NCBI GenBank assembly: GCA_964585545.1
Contig: CAZPDT010000016.1
Coordinates: 17,845-81,844, forward strand
Direction of reading: 5' to 3'
Source: an uncultured Fluviicola sp.
GTDB taxonomy: Bacteria > Bacteroidota > Bacteroidia > Flavobacteriales_D > Crocinitomicaceae
Length of the DNA stretch: 64,000 nucleotides
Position numbers and translations under genes: made by a program. The notes below the pieces were generated by a model. It saw nothing but the letters and a program-made list of their open reading frames with translations. It made no database searches and was not told the origin of the DNA. The first letter of the stretch is position 1. Every line of letters begins with the position of its first letter. This document shows, one piece after another, positions 10,467-21,232 of the stretch.

Positions 10467-10596
10467 AAAGCTAATTTTTCGGCGCAAATATAAAATAATC
10501 TCATTTAGTGTCTGGTCGAGAAAAAATAAAATTTACGATTGTTAGACAAATCTGCTATCCTACGCAAGCGTGTAACTGCTTTATCTATGGTTCAGG

Positions 10597-11037
10597 TTAG
10601 AATTCATCCTCCTCAAGCGTGAAATCATTAAAGTTGTCATTGCTGTCATCCGAACAATCGTCATTTGAATAGCCTTTTTCGCCCGAATTGCAGTTCTTAT
10701 TCAGCTTTAGAATATTGGTCTTAGAGATGTTCAATCGAATTTCTGTTTTTATTGTACCATCCTCTTGAGAAAAGGCTTTTGCATAGGGCGTTCCCAATAA
10801 ATCTACCAAGGTTCCACTCTTTAAAAAGTCCAATATCCGTAAATTGGCACCTTCTTTCTTCCAAATGGTACAATTTACCCAAACGGTTTTAGTACGGAGT
10901 TCTCCCGTCTTTTTATCTCTCCAGTTTTTATTATGGGCTACTGGGAAATTAATTGCTATAACGCCTTTGTCCATTTTCCGTACAGTTGCATCGCGTCCTA
11001 AATTTCCAATTAATCGTGCTTCAAAAACTGTTGCCAT
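10597..11037 (-). CDS. ssb: Single-stranded DNA-binding protein
   Basis: MATVFEARLIGNLGRDATVR...VWVNCTIWKK is an OB-fold SSB pattern. The C-terminal tail is acidic and ends in EEDEF. The ATG is at 11037. Confidence 0.75.
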   Translation of the reverse strand: MATVFEARLIGNLGRDATVRKMDKGVIAINFPVAHNKNWRDKKTGELRTKTVWVNCTIWKKEGANLRILDFLKSGTLVDLLGTPYAKAFSQEDGTIKTEIRLNISKTNILKLNKNCNSGEKGYSNDDCSDDSNDNFNDFTLEEDEF

Positions 11038-11166
11038 GTCGTTGTGTTTGGTGTAAAAATAAATTTGTATCTTCTTGGTATAAATATAAACAAACAATAA
11101 AACTTCCCCAAAAAAGAAAGTTTATCATTTCTTGTTTTATGGTAGAGCAAAACAACAGAGAAAAAA

Positions 11167-12723
11167 TCAGGTCTTACTTTTTTTAAACTGGTAGAGTTCC
11201 ATCATAGCACATAACCCAAGGAACAGCGCAATATAGGTTACTCCTTGTTGAGTTTCGATTGTATCTTCAGACAAGAATGAGCCGATAGCAATTAATGCAA
11301 AGCCTATTCCAATTAAGTTCTTTCTTATGATGTTCTTTCCTAAAAACCAAATCCAAAATCCTGTAAAAACAACAAACCCCAACAATCCGAAGGTAATCCA
11401 AAAGGTCATAAATTGATTGTGGGCTCTATTCCAATGGTCCTTTGCCAACTTCGTATCCATGGCAACATAGGAGGCATTAAATATGGACTGGACATCTCCA
11501 GTTCCAATGCCAAAAGCCCAATGCTTTTGTATAATTCTTTTACCCGCCTTCCAATGTTCAATTCTTTCAAGTAAAGAGCTTTCATTGGGGTTCCCACCAA
11601 CAGCATATTGGAACAACTTATTTTTTAATAGCACTAAGTGTTTTTTTAATGGCCCGTAGGTAAAAACAATTGACGAAATACAGTTTTCTACATTGGATAT
11701 GTCTTTGTTGCTCATTTTTTGTATTCCCTCTCGATCCTTTGTTAGTCCTATGGAAGCCATGTACCGAATTAAAATTGACCTTACTGGGTATCCACAATCA
11801 AGTTGTGAAAAATAAGAAACTGAAGCGCGCTTATTCCATGCTTCTTGTAGTTCTTTTTCAGCAATAAAAGATTTAACATGGTGTCCGTTTTCAAACCATA
11901 AACTCAATGTATCGTGATAATATTCTTCTCCATATTTTGTTGTTTTCGGAAGATTTTGAAAAGAATATGTGGTTTGTTTTGGAACAAGATAATTATACAA
12001 TTGAACACCGCCTACAATTGCCGAAAAAACCACCACCAGAACAAGTATGTTTCTCACCCAAATTAACTTTGCGATGCGTACGTAGTACATAAAAAGAGCC
12101 AATCCAAGAAATAGAAAAGCAATGTATCCACTCATCACTTGACTAATTAGCGTGTAATAGCTTAGCCATAACATAATCGGGAAATAAATCAGCGCGCGTT
12201 TTTTGTTTTGAATGAATAAATAAATGGCCACTAAAATTCCCGTTACAACCAACAATGAATATCTGATATGTGATCCAAATCGAGAAAACGCTCGATAATC
12301 TAGTGTTTCATGTTGGATTCGAAAATTATAATTAATCAATGAAGTGATGAGCAGAGAAAGAAGAAACCCGTAAAGTATAAAATTAAAAAAGCGCCGTTCA
12401 ATAGGCAATGCAATTAAGGCTACTGGGATAACAAATAACGGCAGTTCAGTTTTAATTGCCCGAAAAGCATAGGCATAGTCTTGGGTATAAAGAAGACCCA
12501 AAATATAAAGCAAAAAAACCGCAACAATAAACCAGAAAATAAGATTGTTCTTCCATGCCCTCCAATATTCTTTAAAGTCTGCTTTCAGGATTAAATTAGA
12601 GGCAAGCCAAATTGTTCCAATCGACATCAATACCTTATTTATTGGCACTCCAAAAGCCAAGATAAGCAAGCCAAGAGCTTGTAGATAGTTGTGGATTTTA
12701 AAACCAAATAAGCGGTCGAGCAT
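11167..12723 (-). CDS. Polytopic membrane protein, O-antigen ligase (Wzy_C)-like
   Basis: About 10-12 predicted TM helices with a large periplasmic loop. The family assignment rests on overall architecture only. Confidence 0.4.
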   Translation of the reverse strand: MLDRLFGFKIHNYLQALGLLILAFGVPINKVLMSIGTIWLASNLILKADFKEYWRAWKNNLIFWFIVAVFLLYILGLLYTQDYAYAFRAIKTELPLFVIPVALIALPIERRFFNFILYGFLLSLLITSLINYNFRIQHETLDYRAFSRFGSHIRYSLLVVTGILVAIYLFIQNKKRALIYFPIMLWLSYYTLISQVMSGYIAFLFLGLALFMYYVRIAKLIWVRNILVLVVVFSAIVGGVQLYNYLVPKQTTYSFQNLPKTTKYGEEYYHDTLSLWFENGHHVKSFIAEKELQEAWNKRASVSYFSQLDCGYPVRSILIRYMASIGLTKDREGIQKMSNKDISNVENCISSIVFTYGPLKKHLVLLKNKLFQYAVGGNPNESSLLERIEHWKAGKRIIQKHWAFGIGTGDVQSIFNASYVAMDTKLAKDHWNRAHNQFMTFWITFGLLGFVVFTGFWIWFLGKNIIRKNLIGIGFALIAIGSFLSEDTIETQQGVTYIALFLGLCAMMELYQFKKSKT

Positions 12724-12726
12724 GCT

Positions 12727-14367
12727 TTATTGGGGATTTAAAATAGAGTTGTAACGTGTTTTATTGTTGAGAACCTGAATGGCTATTTTTAAGTCTTCAT
12801 CCATCTTGAAAGCATTTACCACACGTCCTTCTTGGTAATAATAACGCGACACAATTTCATTGGCTAAAATTCTTTTAATTTGATGCTCGAACAAATCCAA
12901 ATCATCTTCTTTAGATGCACTGAGTACTTTTAGCAATGCTTCATACTCTCCATTCAATTTTTTATCATATCCTTCTTTTTTGGCCAAGCGATAAACATCT
13001 TCTAATTCTTCTTGTGCTGAAGTTTTGTATTCAAAATCTTGATCTAAAACATATTTTTTAAACGCTTTATAAGTATCATCGGTAATCGTAAAGTCTTTTG
13101 CAGCTGGAATTTTTGAGTGATTTTGAGCAAAGCGGGTTGCAAAATTAAAAACAATATTCTTGCCTACTAAAACCGAAGCCAATCGGGGTGTAGGTTCTTT
13201 TTGGACATCAATATCAGGGTCAATTCCACGACCATCAATTACCTCGCGCCCGTTCTTGGTGTGGAAAATTGTTATCAGAGAATCGGGAACCTCTTCCACT
13301 CTGCCATCGTGTTTGTGATAATAATCCAACTTTTGAATACACCGACCTGAAGGAGTGTAATATTTGGCGATGGTCAATTTCATTTTTGCTCCATATTTGA
13401 GGTCAATCACCCTTTGAACCAATCCTTTTCCAAACGTATTGGAGCCTATAACTACTGCTCTGTCCAAATCTTGAAGCGAGCCAGCAACAATTTCTGATGC
13501 AGAGGCAGAGGTTCCATTCACCAAAACAACGACGGGAATATCTAAATCCAGCGGTTTATTTTTAGTTTTATATACTCTGTTCTCATCCATAACCCTTCCC
13601 TTTGTGGTTACTATTTCGGTGTTTTTAGGTACAAAAAAGTTGACAATTTCTACTGCTTCCTTTAGCAGTCCTCCACCATTGCCTCTCAGATCGATAATGA
13701 TTTTTTCCATGCCCTCCTCTTGTAGTTTTCTATAGGCATCTTTTACACTTTTAGAAGCAGTTTGAGTGAATGACCTTAAATTGATATAACCCACTTTGTT
13801 TTTCTTATCAACCATTCCACTGTAAGGGATATCAGGCACTTTAATTTCATCACGTACAACCTTAACATTATGCTTTCCAGAATTAGGGCGTTCATATTCC
13901 AATTCAAAAGAAGAGCCTTTCGCCCCTTTTAAAGCTGTAGATACAATTTCAGTACTTTCTCCTTTCATACTTTTCCCATCAATTGACAGAATTATATCCC
14001 CTGATTTAAGTCCGGCTTTGTCTGCTGGCATATTTTCATAAGGCTCTGCAATAACAACATAATCTCCAACCTTTCTAATCATTGCACCAATACCTCCATA
14101 TTGACCAGTAGTCATAAGGCGATAATCTTCAATATTGGATTCGTGATAATAAACTGTATAAGGGTCAAGTTCATTCAGCATAGCATCGATAGCCGCTTTT
14201 GAAATTTCACCAATTTTAGGTTGATCAACAAAGTACTTGTCTAGGTTCTGATAAATTAAATCAATGAGTTCAAGATTTTTAATTTCTTCGAAACCATTAG
14301 ATTGAGAAAAACCCGTATTGTTTATTCCAAAAAGAATAAAAAAGACGAAAGCATATAAATACCGCAT
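12727..14367 (-). CDS. ctp: S41 family C-terminal processing peptidase with a PDZ domain
   Basis: The PDZ block is GGIGAMIRK..ADKAGLKSGDIILSIDG. The catalytic region is LVNGTSASASEIVAGSLQDLDRAVVIGSNTFGKGLVQ. The ATG is at 14367 (the track uses a TTG at 14391). Confidence 0.8.
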   Translation of the reverse strand: MRYLYAFVFFILFGINNTGFSQSNGFEEIKNLELIDLIYQNLDKYFVDQPKIGEISKAAIDAMLNELDPYTVYYHESNIEDYRLMTTGQYGGIGAMIRKVGDYVVIAEPYENMPADKAGLKSGDIILSIDGKSMKGESTEIVSTALKGAKGSSFELEYERPNSGKHNVKVVRDEIKVPDIPYSGMVDKKNKVGYINLRSFTQTASKSVKDAYRKLQEEGMEKIIIDLRGNGGGLLKEAVEIVNFFVPKNTEIVTTKGRVMDENRVYKTKNKPLDLDIPVVVLVNGTSASASEIVAGSLQDLDRAVVIGSNTFGKGLVQRVIDLKYGAKMKLTIAKYYTPSGRCIQKLDYYHKHDGRVEEVPDSLITIFHTKNGREVIDGRGIDPDIDVQKEPTPRLASVLVGKNIVFNFATRFAQNHSKIPAAKDFTITDDTYKAFKKYVLDQDFEYKTSAQEELEDVYRLAKKEGYDKKLNGEYEALLKVLSASKEDDLDLFEHQIKRILANEIVSRYYYQEGRVVNAFKMDEDLKIAIQVLNNKTRYNSILNPQ

Positions 14368-14416
14368 ATAACTTATTAATTTTAACAGCAAAAGTAATCA
14401 AAAAAAGGAGGCACTT

Positions 14417-14797
14417 TCACCTGACATCATCTAATAAACGTAGAAAAATAGATTCTATTTTATCGCTTAACATTTGATAGGGTTCTTCTTTTTGAGCTGT
14501 ATAGATTAAAAACAGTGCCAATTGCTGTTCTTCATTAGAAATTACTTTTTCAATAATGTGCTTGTTCTTGCGGACAGCTTCTCGAACAATACGCTTAACT
14601 CTATTGCGATCGGTTGCTTTCTTAAAGCTTCTTTTCGGAACAGAGATAGCAATTTGAAAGGAAGAGCTTGTATTTAATTTTGCCTGGATATACCGCAAAG
14701 CAAATGGATAATTTTTTATTTGTTTTCCATCTTCAAAGATGGAAGCAATAACAATTTTGCTACACAGTTTATATTTTTTGCCAAATCGCTCATCCAT
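14417..14797 (-). CDS. rnpA: Ribonuclease P protein component
   Basis: 126 aa and basic, with the RNR-type motif KKATDRNRVKRIVREAVR. Confidence 0.75.
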   Translation of the reverse strand: MDERFGKKYKLCSKIVIASIFEDGKQIKNYPFALRYIQAKLNTSSSFQIAISVPKRSFKKATDRNRVKRIVREAVRKNKHIIEKVISNEEQQLALFLIYTAQKEEPYQMLSDKIESIFLRLLDDVR

Positions 14798-14954
14798 TTG
14801 TGTAAAAGTAATAGAAATTAGTTTGATGGGGTTAAGATCTCAATTTATATTGCGAAATATTTCTATTCTTTATATTCCTTTAAAGAACTCTTTAAAAATG
14901 CAATAAACTTTTCGACATTATTTGAGGTATAATCAGCATCTCCAAACGTATTGC

Positions 14955-15023
14955 CATTTTAGCTTTTCATTACGAAATCTTATGAACCGAGCTTGCGAGC
15001 TCAACGCAGTTAATAGTTCGGGC
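14955..15023 (-). repeat. About 68-nt intergenic repeat, full-length copy
   Basis: Its reverse complement CCCGAACTATTAACTGCGTTGAGCTCGCAAGCTCGGTTCATAAGATTTCGTAATGAAAAGCTAAAATG is about 90 percent identical by eye to 21233-21300. Confidence 0.8.
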
Positions 15024-15378
15024 TAACTGATAATATAGATTTTTATCTCCAATTGTTCTTAATGTTTTTGTTTTCCCATTCAAGATTACTCATTCACCGC
15101 TATTGATTGCATATTTCACAATACAGATTTATCTTAATATGACTAAAAATATTGCCGCTGAGTATGAATCTGAATTTTGGACAACCATAAAATCGATTAA
15201 AGAACAATAAATAATCTGTGCTCATCGCTCTATTGAGCTAAACTATTTACAAATTAGTTGAACCCTAAAAATAAGGATGTAAAACACACTAATGTTTTTC
15301 TACAATTAACCAATTATGAACTAAATAGGTATATATTCCTATGAGATTGGTGAATAGTTAGGGTTAATCACAACAAAA

Positions 15379-16314
15379 TCACTCAAACAAAGGACACGCA
15401 CTTGTAGATCTTCGACCTCTTCTACAACCATTGTATTGAATAGAAATCTCATGGGTATGAAAGTTTCCACCACGAATTGCAGAGGTGATGTAATCAAAGC
15501 TATATCCAATAGTAAATTGTTTGATGTTGACCTTTAAAAATCCGATAAACGCATCTACATTGCGGTAACCAACACCTAGTGTAAACTTGTTTTTAAAATC
15601 GAACATGGCATTGATGTCAAAACTTACAGGCCCGGTTGGAGGTATTCGAAACAAAACACCAGGCAAAATGGAGTTGTCATTAGCAAAAGTAAATTTTGTT
15701 CCTACTGCCAATTTCGTATGCAGTCGAAAACGTGAGGCAAAACCAACATCTTTCCATTTGTTTCGGGCCAATTGATCGACAGATGCGCCAACATAAAATT
15801 GCTTTGAATTGTACCATGTTCCGAACCCAATGAGCGGGAAAAGGATGTGGTTGGCAGATTTAGCAACGGCAGGATCGGGCAATATTGTCGTTGCTTTTGT
15901 GTTGTCAAATTCAAATTGCTGAATACCCAATGAAACCCCAAAACTTAAATGGTGGTTCTTTTCTATTCCTATTGGAAAATGAATGGCATAAGCCAAACCA
16001 ATTGAGAAGTTGTTAAACGGCCCAAATGCATCACGTTCTAACTTTCCGCCTATTCCATGGTAAAAGTCATTGAACCGTTTTTCTTTCTTTTGTAGCGGTG
16101 CATTAATGGTTACTAAACCACTTATTGGTGCTCCTTCAAAACCCGCCCATTGCGCACGAACAGCTGTTCTAATGTCCAAACAACGTTTTATCCCCGCCAA
16201 AGCCGGATTAATGGAGAATTGATTAAATGACCATTGAGAATACTGGGAGATTTGTTGTCCCCAACCAGCAATGGAAAATACAATCAAAAATATAAGGAGT
16301 AAAAGTTTCTTCAT
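15379..16314 (-). CDS. T9SS PorP/SprF family membrane protein
   Basis: Signal peptide followed by QQISQYSQWSFNQFSINPALAG, the PorP/SprF N-terminal signature. It overlaps the upstream type-B CTD cargo gene by 4 nt. Confidence 0.8.
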   Translation of the reverse strand: MKKLLLLIFLIVFSIAGWGQQISQYSQWSFNQFSINPALAGIKRCLDIRTAVRAQWAGFEGAPISGLVTINAPLQKKEKRFNDFYHGIGGKLERDAFGPFNNFSIGLAYAIHFPIGIEKNHHLSFGVSLGIQQFEFDNTKATTILPDPAVAKSANHILFPLIGFGTWYNSKQFYVGASVDQLARNKWKDVGFASRFRLHTKLAVGTKFTFANDNSILPGVLFRIPPTGPVSFDINAMFDFKNKFTLGVGYRNVDAFIGFLKVNIKQFTIGYSFDYITSAIRGGNFHTHEISIQYNGCRRGRRSTSACPLFE

Positions 16315-17594
16315 TTTATAATTGATACTGTGCCTTTAATCGGTTTGTCAAATTCATCATCTCTCAAATTGATTACGTAGTAATACGTTCCGGCTGATAA
16401 TGCCCTGCCCGATTTGGAGGAGCCGTCCCAGCGTTTCTCCTTTGAATATCCCGTCGTTTGAAAGATAAGTTGTCCCCAACGCGAATAAATTTGTATGTCA
16501 CAATCTGGAAAATCTTCTATCCCTAAAATCTCCCATGTATCATTGATGCCGTCTCCATTTGGAGAAAAAGTATTGGGGATTTCTAAATCCTCTTCAACAA
16601 AGACTGTCGTTTCATCGGTAATGGTACAGGTGCCGTTATCAACGGTTAGAAAATAAGTGGTTGTTTCTTGTGGAACAACAATGGGATTGATGACATTTGG
16701 ATTGCTCATCTGATCAGAAGGATGCCAAAGTACATTGGTCTCTGTAGAACTCCCTTCAAGTTGAACACTTTCTCCTTTATGAATGGTGTGGTCGGGTCCA
16801 GCATCTACCATAAAGTCGATAACCGTAAAGGGAATAGCATTGCTTGTTATGGTGTCCCGACATTGGTCAAAACAAGAAACTCTTGCTGTAACAACATCAT
16901 TGTCAGATAATTCATTATATATGAATTCCGTACCAGCTGTTGTGCCAACAAGATTTCCATTCACATACCAGTCAATGGTAGATTGCTCATCACAAAGTTG
17001 TGTGTTTGCAATAAAAGTGACAGCATTTCCCTTGCATATCGTTGTTGTATTTGAGCTGATGGAAAGCTGTGGATTGCGCTCAATTCCACCACCAGTAAGA
17101 TGAATGTCAAATGTTGCTTCGGCATTAGCAGTTGCTCCCATTGTTCCATTGACTACAATATAATAGGTTGTGGATGGCGGTAAATTACCCGTGGTTAATG
17201 TGAAATTCGCAGTTCCGTTGGCTTCACAATTTGAAATAAGATTGTATGACGAGGAAATACATGGAATAGCTGCTTCAATCACAGCTGCTTGTAATCCGTT
17301 GCCTTGTCCTGCCAAATTCTCAAATACAAGATTGTTAAAATGAACGGTAACAGAACCACCTGAAGCGTTGGTTGTAAACGTCATCCAAATGCTGTTCTCT
17401 CCAGAGAAACAAAAATTGAAATCGTCTTCACAATTGGGGCAAACCGTGGCATTGGACTGAATGTTATTCAACGTGAAAGTAGAACCGGGACACAACTCTA
17501 TTGCATTGGCACAATTGTTATAAGCCTCCTGAGTCCAACCAACTGAGCCAATGGAAAACAATATAAAAATAAAGAAAATACGTGTTGTACTCAT
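16311..17594 (-). CDS. T9SS type B sorting-domain (gliding-motility C-terminal domain) cargo protein
   Basis: The C-terminus IPNTFSPNGDGINDTWEI...IYSRWGQLIF...WDG...GTYYYVI...KGTVSIIK is the type B CTD signature. Confidence 0.8.
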   Translation of the reverse strand: MSTTRIFFIFILFSIGSVGWTQEAYNNCANAIELCPGSTFTLNNIQSNATVCPNCEDDFNFCFSGENSIWMTFTTNASGGSVTVHFNNLVFENLAGQGNGLQAAVIEAAIPCISSSYNLISNCEANGTANFTLTTGNLPPSTTYYIVVNGTMGATANAEATFDIHLTGGGIERNPQLSISSNTTTICKGNAVTFIANTQLCDEQSTIDWYVNGNLVGTTAGTEFIYNELSDNDVVTARVSCFDQCRDTITSNAIPFTVIDFMVDAGPDHTIHKGESVQLEGSSTETNVLWHPSDQMSNPNVINPIVVPQETTTYFLTVDNGTCTITDETTVFVEEDLEIPNTFSPNGDGINDTWEILGIEDFPDCDIQIYSRWGQLIFQTTGYSKEKRWDGSSKSGRALSAGTYYYVINLRDDEFDKPIKGTVSIIK

Positions 17595-17909
17595 AAATAA
17601 AATGTCGATGTACTCTATTTACAACGAAGATAAAATTAATTTATGTTATTTTTCATCTATTTTCTCATTGTTGCTCGATAAAAGTAATTAAAATAATTAG
17701 TTAGAATGATTAACTTCATTCAATTGCCTCAATAACACAGAATGGGAATGAGAATGAGAGCGGAGGTCACACTTTGGATTATACGCCATTCGCAATTGAC
17801 CAATTCGTAATTCCCCCATTCCTAACTCCTTAATAAATATTTTAATTACTTTTGTGGAAAAGGATTTTTTGGTATGAAAACTGTTTACCATTTTTTTAAA
17901 ACCCTTATT

Positions 17910-20900
17910 ATGAAAAAATTATTACTGGTTTCGCTTCTTGTATTTGGATTTTTGCAACAAGGAAATGCGCAAAGGTTCGATTATGAAAAAACATCTAATT
18001 TTTTTATTGGACTTAATGTTGGTTCGGTATGGCACACTTCGGATGTTAAGAATGTAAAAAAACGTTTCCCAATAGGAGGTGGATTTACTCTCGGAGGAAC
18101 ATTTAATCGAGATTATGGTAAATTTTTTACCTATGATTTACATTTGAGATTTTTAATGGGCAGCTGGTATGGGCAAGATAGAGACACAACACACGCCATC
18201 CAAAATAATTATGCGGTAAACAGTCTATACGATACCTTGGGCTATACCATTCAAAATTTTAGAGCAAAACAGCGCAGCATCGATCTTGAGTTTGCTGTTC
18301 ACTTTAATAGGGTAAAAGAAAGGACAGGAATTGATCCTTATATATTTGGTGGGATTGGTTTTACCTTTACAAATACAAAAGGAGACTTACTGAAGACAAA
18401 TAACGCAGGAGAAGAGACTATTTATCCCTATAATGAAAACCCTACAGGAGACCTTATTACTAAAAATTACAATACACCATTGGATAAAAACAGTACGGGT
18501 GTTTTGTACAAAGATTTTGACGTAAATTTCTTACCCAGTCTAGGGGTTGGGATTGGATATTATTTTAATACCCGTTTTTCTGTTGGATTAGAACACAGGA
18601 CAACCTTTTTTAATGGAGATTATTTTGATGGCACACCATTGAACCAAGATGGAGCAGAAAGTAAAATTGAGAATGATTTGTTTCACTATACCAGTATATA
18701 CTTTAAGTGGTACTTCAACAAAGGGAAAGAGCGAAAAGAAGAACAACAAGAAGAAACAGAAGAAGCCCAAGTTCCTCCCAGAACACCTGTAACACAGAAT
18801 CCAGAGCCTTCTCAAGAACCAGCAGTGCAACCACGACCAATAAAAAAGAGGCCACCTATTGTACAGTTTACAAACCCTTCAAAAAGTCCTTTGAAGACGA
18901 ATCAATCTACGATTTCTATAATTGCAAAAACAGCCTATGTAAACAGTGCGGATAACATCACCTTTACAATTAATGGAAGGGAGCACAATACGTTTATATT
19001 TAATCCTAAAGATGAGGTATTTAGGAGCAATGTTACCCTTAATGTGGGTAAAAATTTATTCAAAATTGTTGGAGTTAATGCTGATGGAAGTGATTCAGAT
19101 GCAACGATGGTTATTTATGAACCAAAAAGACCCCAAGACGCCTACCCACCCACTGTAAATATTGTTGATCCTGGCAGTACACCCTACAATGTGAATCAAC
19201 TCAATTATGTTGTTAAAGCAGCCATTCACAATGTGAAAGCAAGAAATCAGGTCAAGGTTACTTTTAATGGACAACCTTTTACGGCATATAGTTTTACGCC
19301 AAAGGGAAACATTAATTTTAGTACCAACCTCAATTTAAAATCAGGAATAAATACCCTCAAGATTGTTGGACAAAATACAGTTGGATCAGCCCAAGATGAA
19401 ACTGTTCTCATATACACAAGGACACCTGAAGAAGATACAGGTTACCCACCAACAGTGGAGTTGATTGTACCCAATAAAAACCCATACACTACTTCAAAAA
19501 CAAGTGTAGATGTTACAGCAAAAATTCAACATGTTCTAAACAATCAACAAATTGATGTCATCATTAATGGGGTGAGTACGACCAACTTTAGTTACAACAG
19601 TGAAACACAATTGGCAAAGTTCAAGGTGAGTGTTTCTTCTGGCTACAACGATATTAGAGTAAATGCAAAAAATCCTTATGGAACAGCTAAAGATGAGATG
19701 CAAATTATCTATAAACGCGGGTACAATCCCGATGGTAGTAATCTCCCTCCTTTGGTTTCCATTACTTCACCAAATGTAAATCCATACACCAGTACACAAG
19801 AAATTATAACTGTTCATGCAAGGGCGGAACAAGTGAAGAGCAAACAAGATATTGAAGTGAAAATCAATGGAATTGCAAAGGATAATTATACATTCAATGC
19901 TTCAACTGGTGAAATTACAATGAACGTGAACTTATCAGAAGGCAGTAATATTATTAAAATTGAAGCCTCAAATAATTTTGGAAATGATTCCGATGTTACA
20001 CAAATTATTTATCGTAAGAAAACACCAAAAGAAAATCCTCCAAAAATAAATATTATTACCCCGAATAAAGATCCTTTTACAACCACACACCTCTCAGAAA
20101 AAGTGATTGCAAAAGTTGAGAATATAAGTCAGAAAAGTCAAATTGCAGTGGAGTTGAATGGCAAGAGCATTTCAAACTTCAGCTTTAATAACACAACGAA
20201 AGAAATACGTGTTAACGCAGGACTTATTTTGGGAAGCAATACAATAAAAATGACAGCGACAAATACTACTGGAAATGCATCTGATAATATAGAAATTGTG
20301 AGAAAGAAGATTGTGGAAAAAATAGCACCTGAAACCGTTGAACCTCTTCCTTGTGATCCTCCTAAAATTCAATTCTTATCGCCCCAGCGTAATGTGCAGA
20401 CAACTAAAGATAAAACTTTTGAAGTAGTGACGAAATTGCTAAACATTAAAGATAAGAGTCAAATTACGGTTTTCTTTAACAGTAGGAAAATGACCAATTT
20501 TTCTTATGACAACAAAACAGGTATATTGAAACAATCCTTAAACTTACAAGAAGGAAAATCGATCTATATGATTCGTCTACGAAATGTATGTGGCACTAAA
20601 GAGGGAAGAGTAACTTTAAACTATGAACCTCCTACTTGTGGTGTGAACATCATGCTTGCCAATAGTGACTTTTGTTTGGCAAAACCAGGAGGAGAAGTAC
20701 ATAGGGACGGATTATTAACAAACAATCAATTCCAATATGACGGCTCGGCCAAATTAGTATACTTTAAAGCAGCTGATAATGGAGTGGCTGTTGTGAACGG
20801 TAAAAATTATCCTTTAGTCAAGGGTGTTTACTATCACTTTTTTGGTCAAATAACAGTGCACCTTAAAATGGTTAACAATAAATGGCACATTTGTCTTGAG

Positions 20901-21197
20901 TCTTTAAATAAGCCAAGTTTTGGTACGGGGTCAGATCGTCCAGAATATATTTGTGGAGAAAGTGTAGAAGACACTTCCAAAGAAGAAACAATTCAAACTG
21001 TGCCTAAAATAGAAACAGAGGTTGTTCAGCCCAAAACAAAACTAAAACCCCAAAAGACAACCCAACCTAAGACAAGGATACCGACACAGGAAAGTAAGGA
21101 TGCCCCTAAAACTGATGCGCCCAAGACCCAAGAAGCGCCTTCAAAACCTGCTACAAGAACAGATAAGCGCACACGACGACCCAAAGGTGGAGGATAA
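17910..21197 (+). CDS. Outer-membrane protein: N-terminal beta-barrel-like domain, E/Q/P linker, six Ig-like repeats of about 95 aa, Cys-containing C-terminal domain and a K/P/T-rich basic tail
   Basis: The ATG at 17910 gives MKKLLLVSLLVFGFLQQGNAQ. Six repeats of the pattern (Y)PP.V.I..P...PY.T....(V/I)..K(V/I)......(I/V).(V/I)..NG.....F.(F/Y)........(V/I).L..G.N.(I/L)K(I/V).(A/G).N..G...D...(I/V)IY lie between 18852 and 20627. Confidence 0.6.
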   Translation: MKKLLLVSLLVFGFLQQGNAQRFDYEKTSNFFIGLNVGSVWHTSDVKNVKKRFPIGGGFTLGGTFNRDYGKFFTYDLHLRFLMGSWYGQDRDTTHAIQNNYAVNSLYDTLGYTIQNFRAKQRSIDLEFAVHFNRVKERTGIDPYIFGGIGFTFTNTKGDLLKTNNAGEETIYPYNENPTGDLITKNYNTPLDKNSTGVLYKDFDVNFLPSLGVGIGYYFNTRFSVGLEHRTTFFNGDYFDGTPLNQDGAESKIENDLFHYTSIYFKWYFNKGKERKEEQQEETEEAQVPPRTPVTQNPEPSQEPAVQPRPIKKRPPIVQFTNPSKSPLKTNQSTISIIAKTAYVNSADNITFTINGREHNTFIFNPKDEVFRSNVTLNVGKNLFKIVGVNADGSDSDATMVIYEPKRPQDAYPPTVNIVDPGSTPYNVNQLNYVVKAAIHNVKARNQVKVTFNGQPFTAYSFTPKGNINFSTNLNLKSGINTLKIVGQNTVGSAQDETVLIYTRTPEEDTGYPPTVELIVPNKNPYTTSKTSVDVTAKIQHVLNNQQIDVIINGVSTTNFSYNSETQLAKFKVSVSSGYNDIRVNAKNPYGTAKDEMQIIYKRGYNPDGSNLPPLVSITSPNVNPYTSTQEIITVHARAEQVKSKQDIEVKINGIAKDNYTFNASTGEITMNVNLSEGSNIIKIEASNNFGNDSDVTQIIYRKKTPKENPPKINIITPNKDPFTTTHLSEKVIAKVENISQKSQIAVELNGKSISNFSFNNTTKEIRVNAGLILGSNTIKMTATNTTGNASDNIEIVRKKIVEKIAPETVEPLPCDPPKIQFLSPQRNVQTTKDKTFEVVTKLLNIKDKSQITVFFNSRKMTNFSYDNKTGILKQSLNLQEGKSIYMIRLRNVCGTKEGRVTLNYEPPTCGVNIMLANSDFCLAKPGGEVHRDGLLTNNQFQYDGSAKLVYFKAADNGVAVVNGKNYPLVKGVYYHFFGQITVHLKMVNNKWHICLESLNKPSFGTGSDRPEYICGESVEDTSKEETIQTVPKIETEVVQPKTKLKPQKTTQPKTRIPTQESKDAPKTDAPKTQEAPSKPATRTDKRTRRPKGGG

Positions 21198-21232
21198 GAT
21201 TTGGTTTGATAGCGATTTGGACTACTCATTAA

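Noticed and set aside
10506-10518. 13-mer TAGTGTCTGGTCG shared with 33761-33773.
   Set aside because: Dozens of 13-mer coincidences are expected by chance in 64 kb of AT-biased sequence, and the flanks show no similarity.
10467-10596. Possible cobalamin or other riboswitch upstream of the TonB-dependent receptor.
   Set aside because: The leader is only about 130 nt and AT-rich. It has no B12-box-like element or extended pairing.
17697-17891. 64-aa ORF with an HSHSHS run, arising from a GAATG(A/G)G micro-repeat (about 17738-17760).
   Set aside because: It is short, lies in a promoter-type spacer between divergent genes, and the repeat has only 3 units. This is not a gene and not a CRISPR or satellite.
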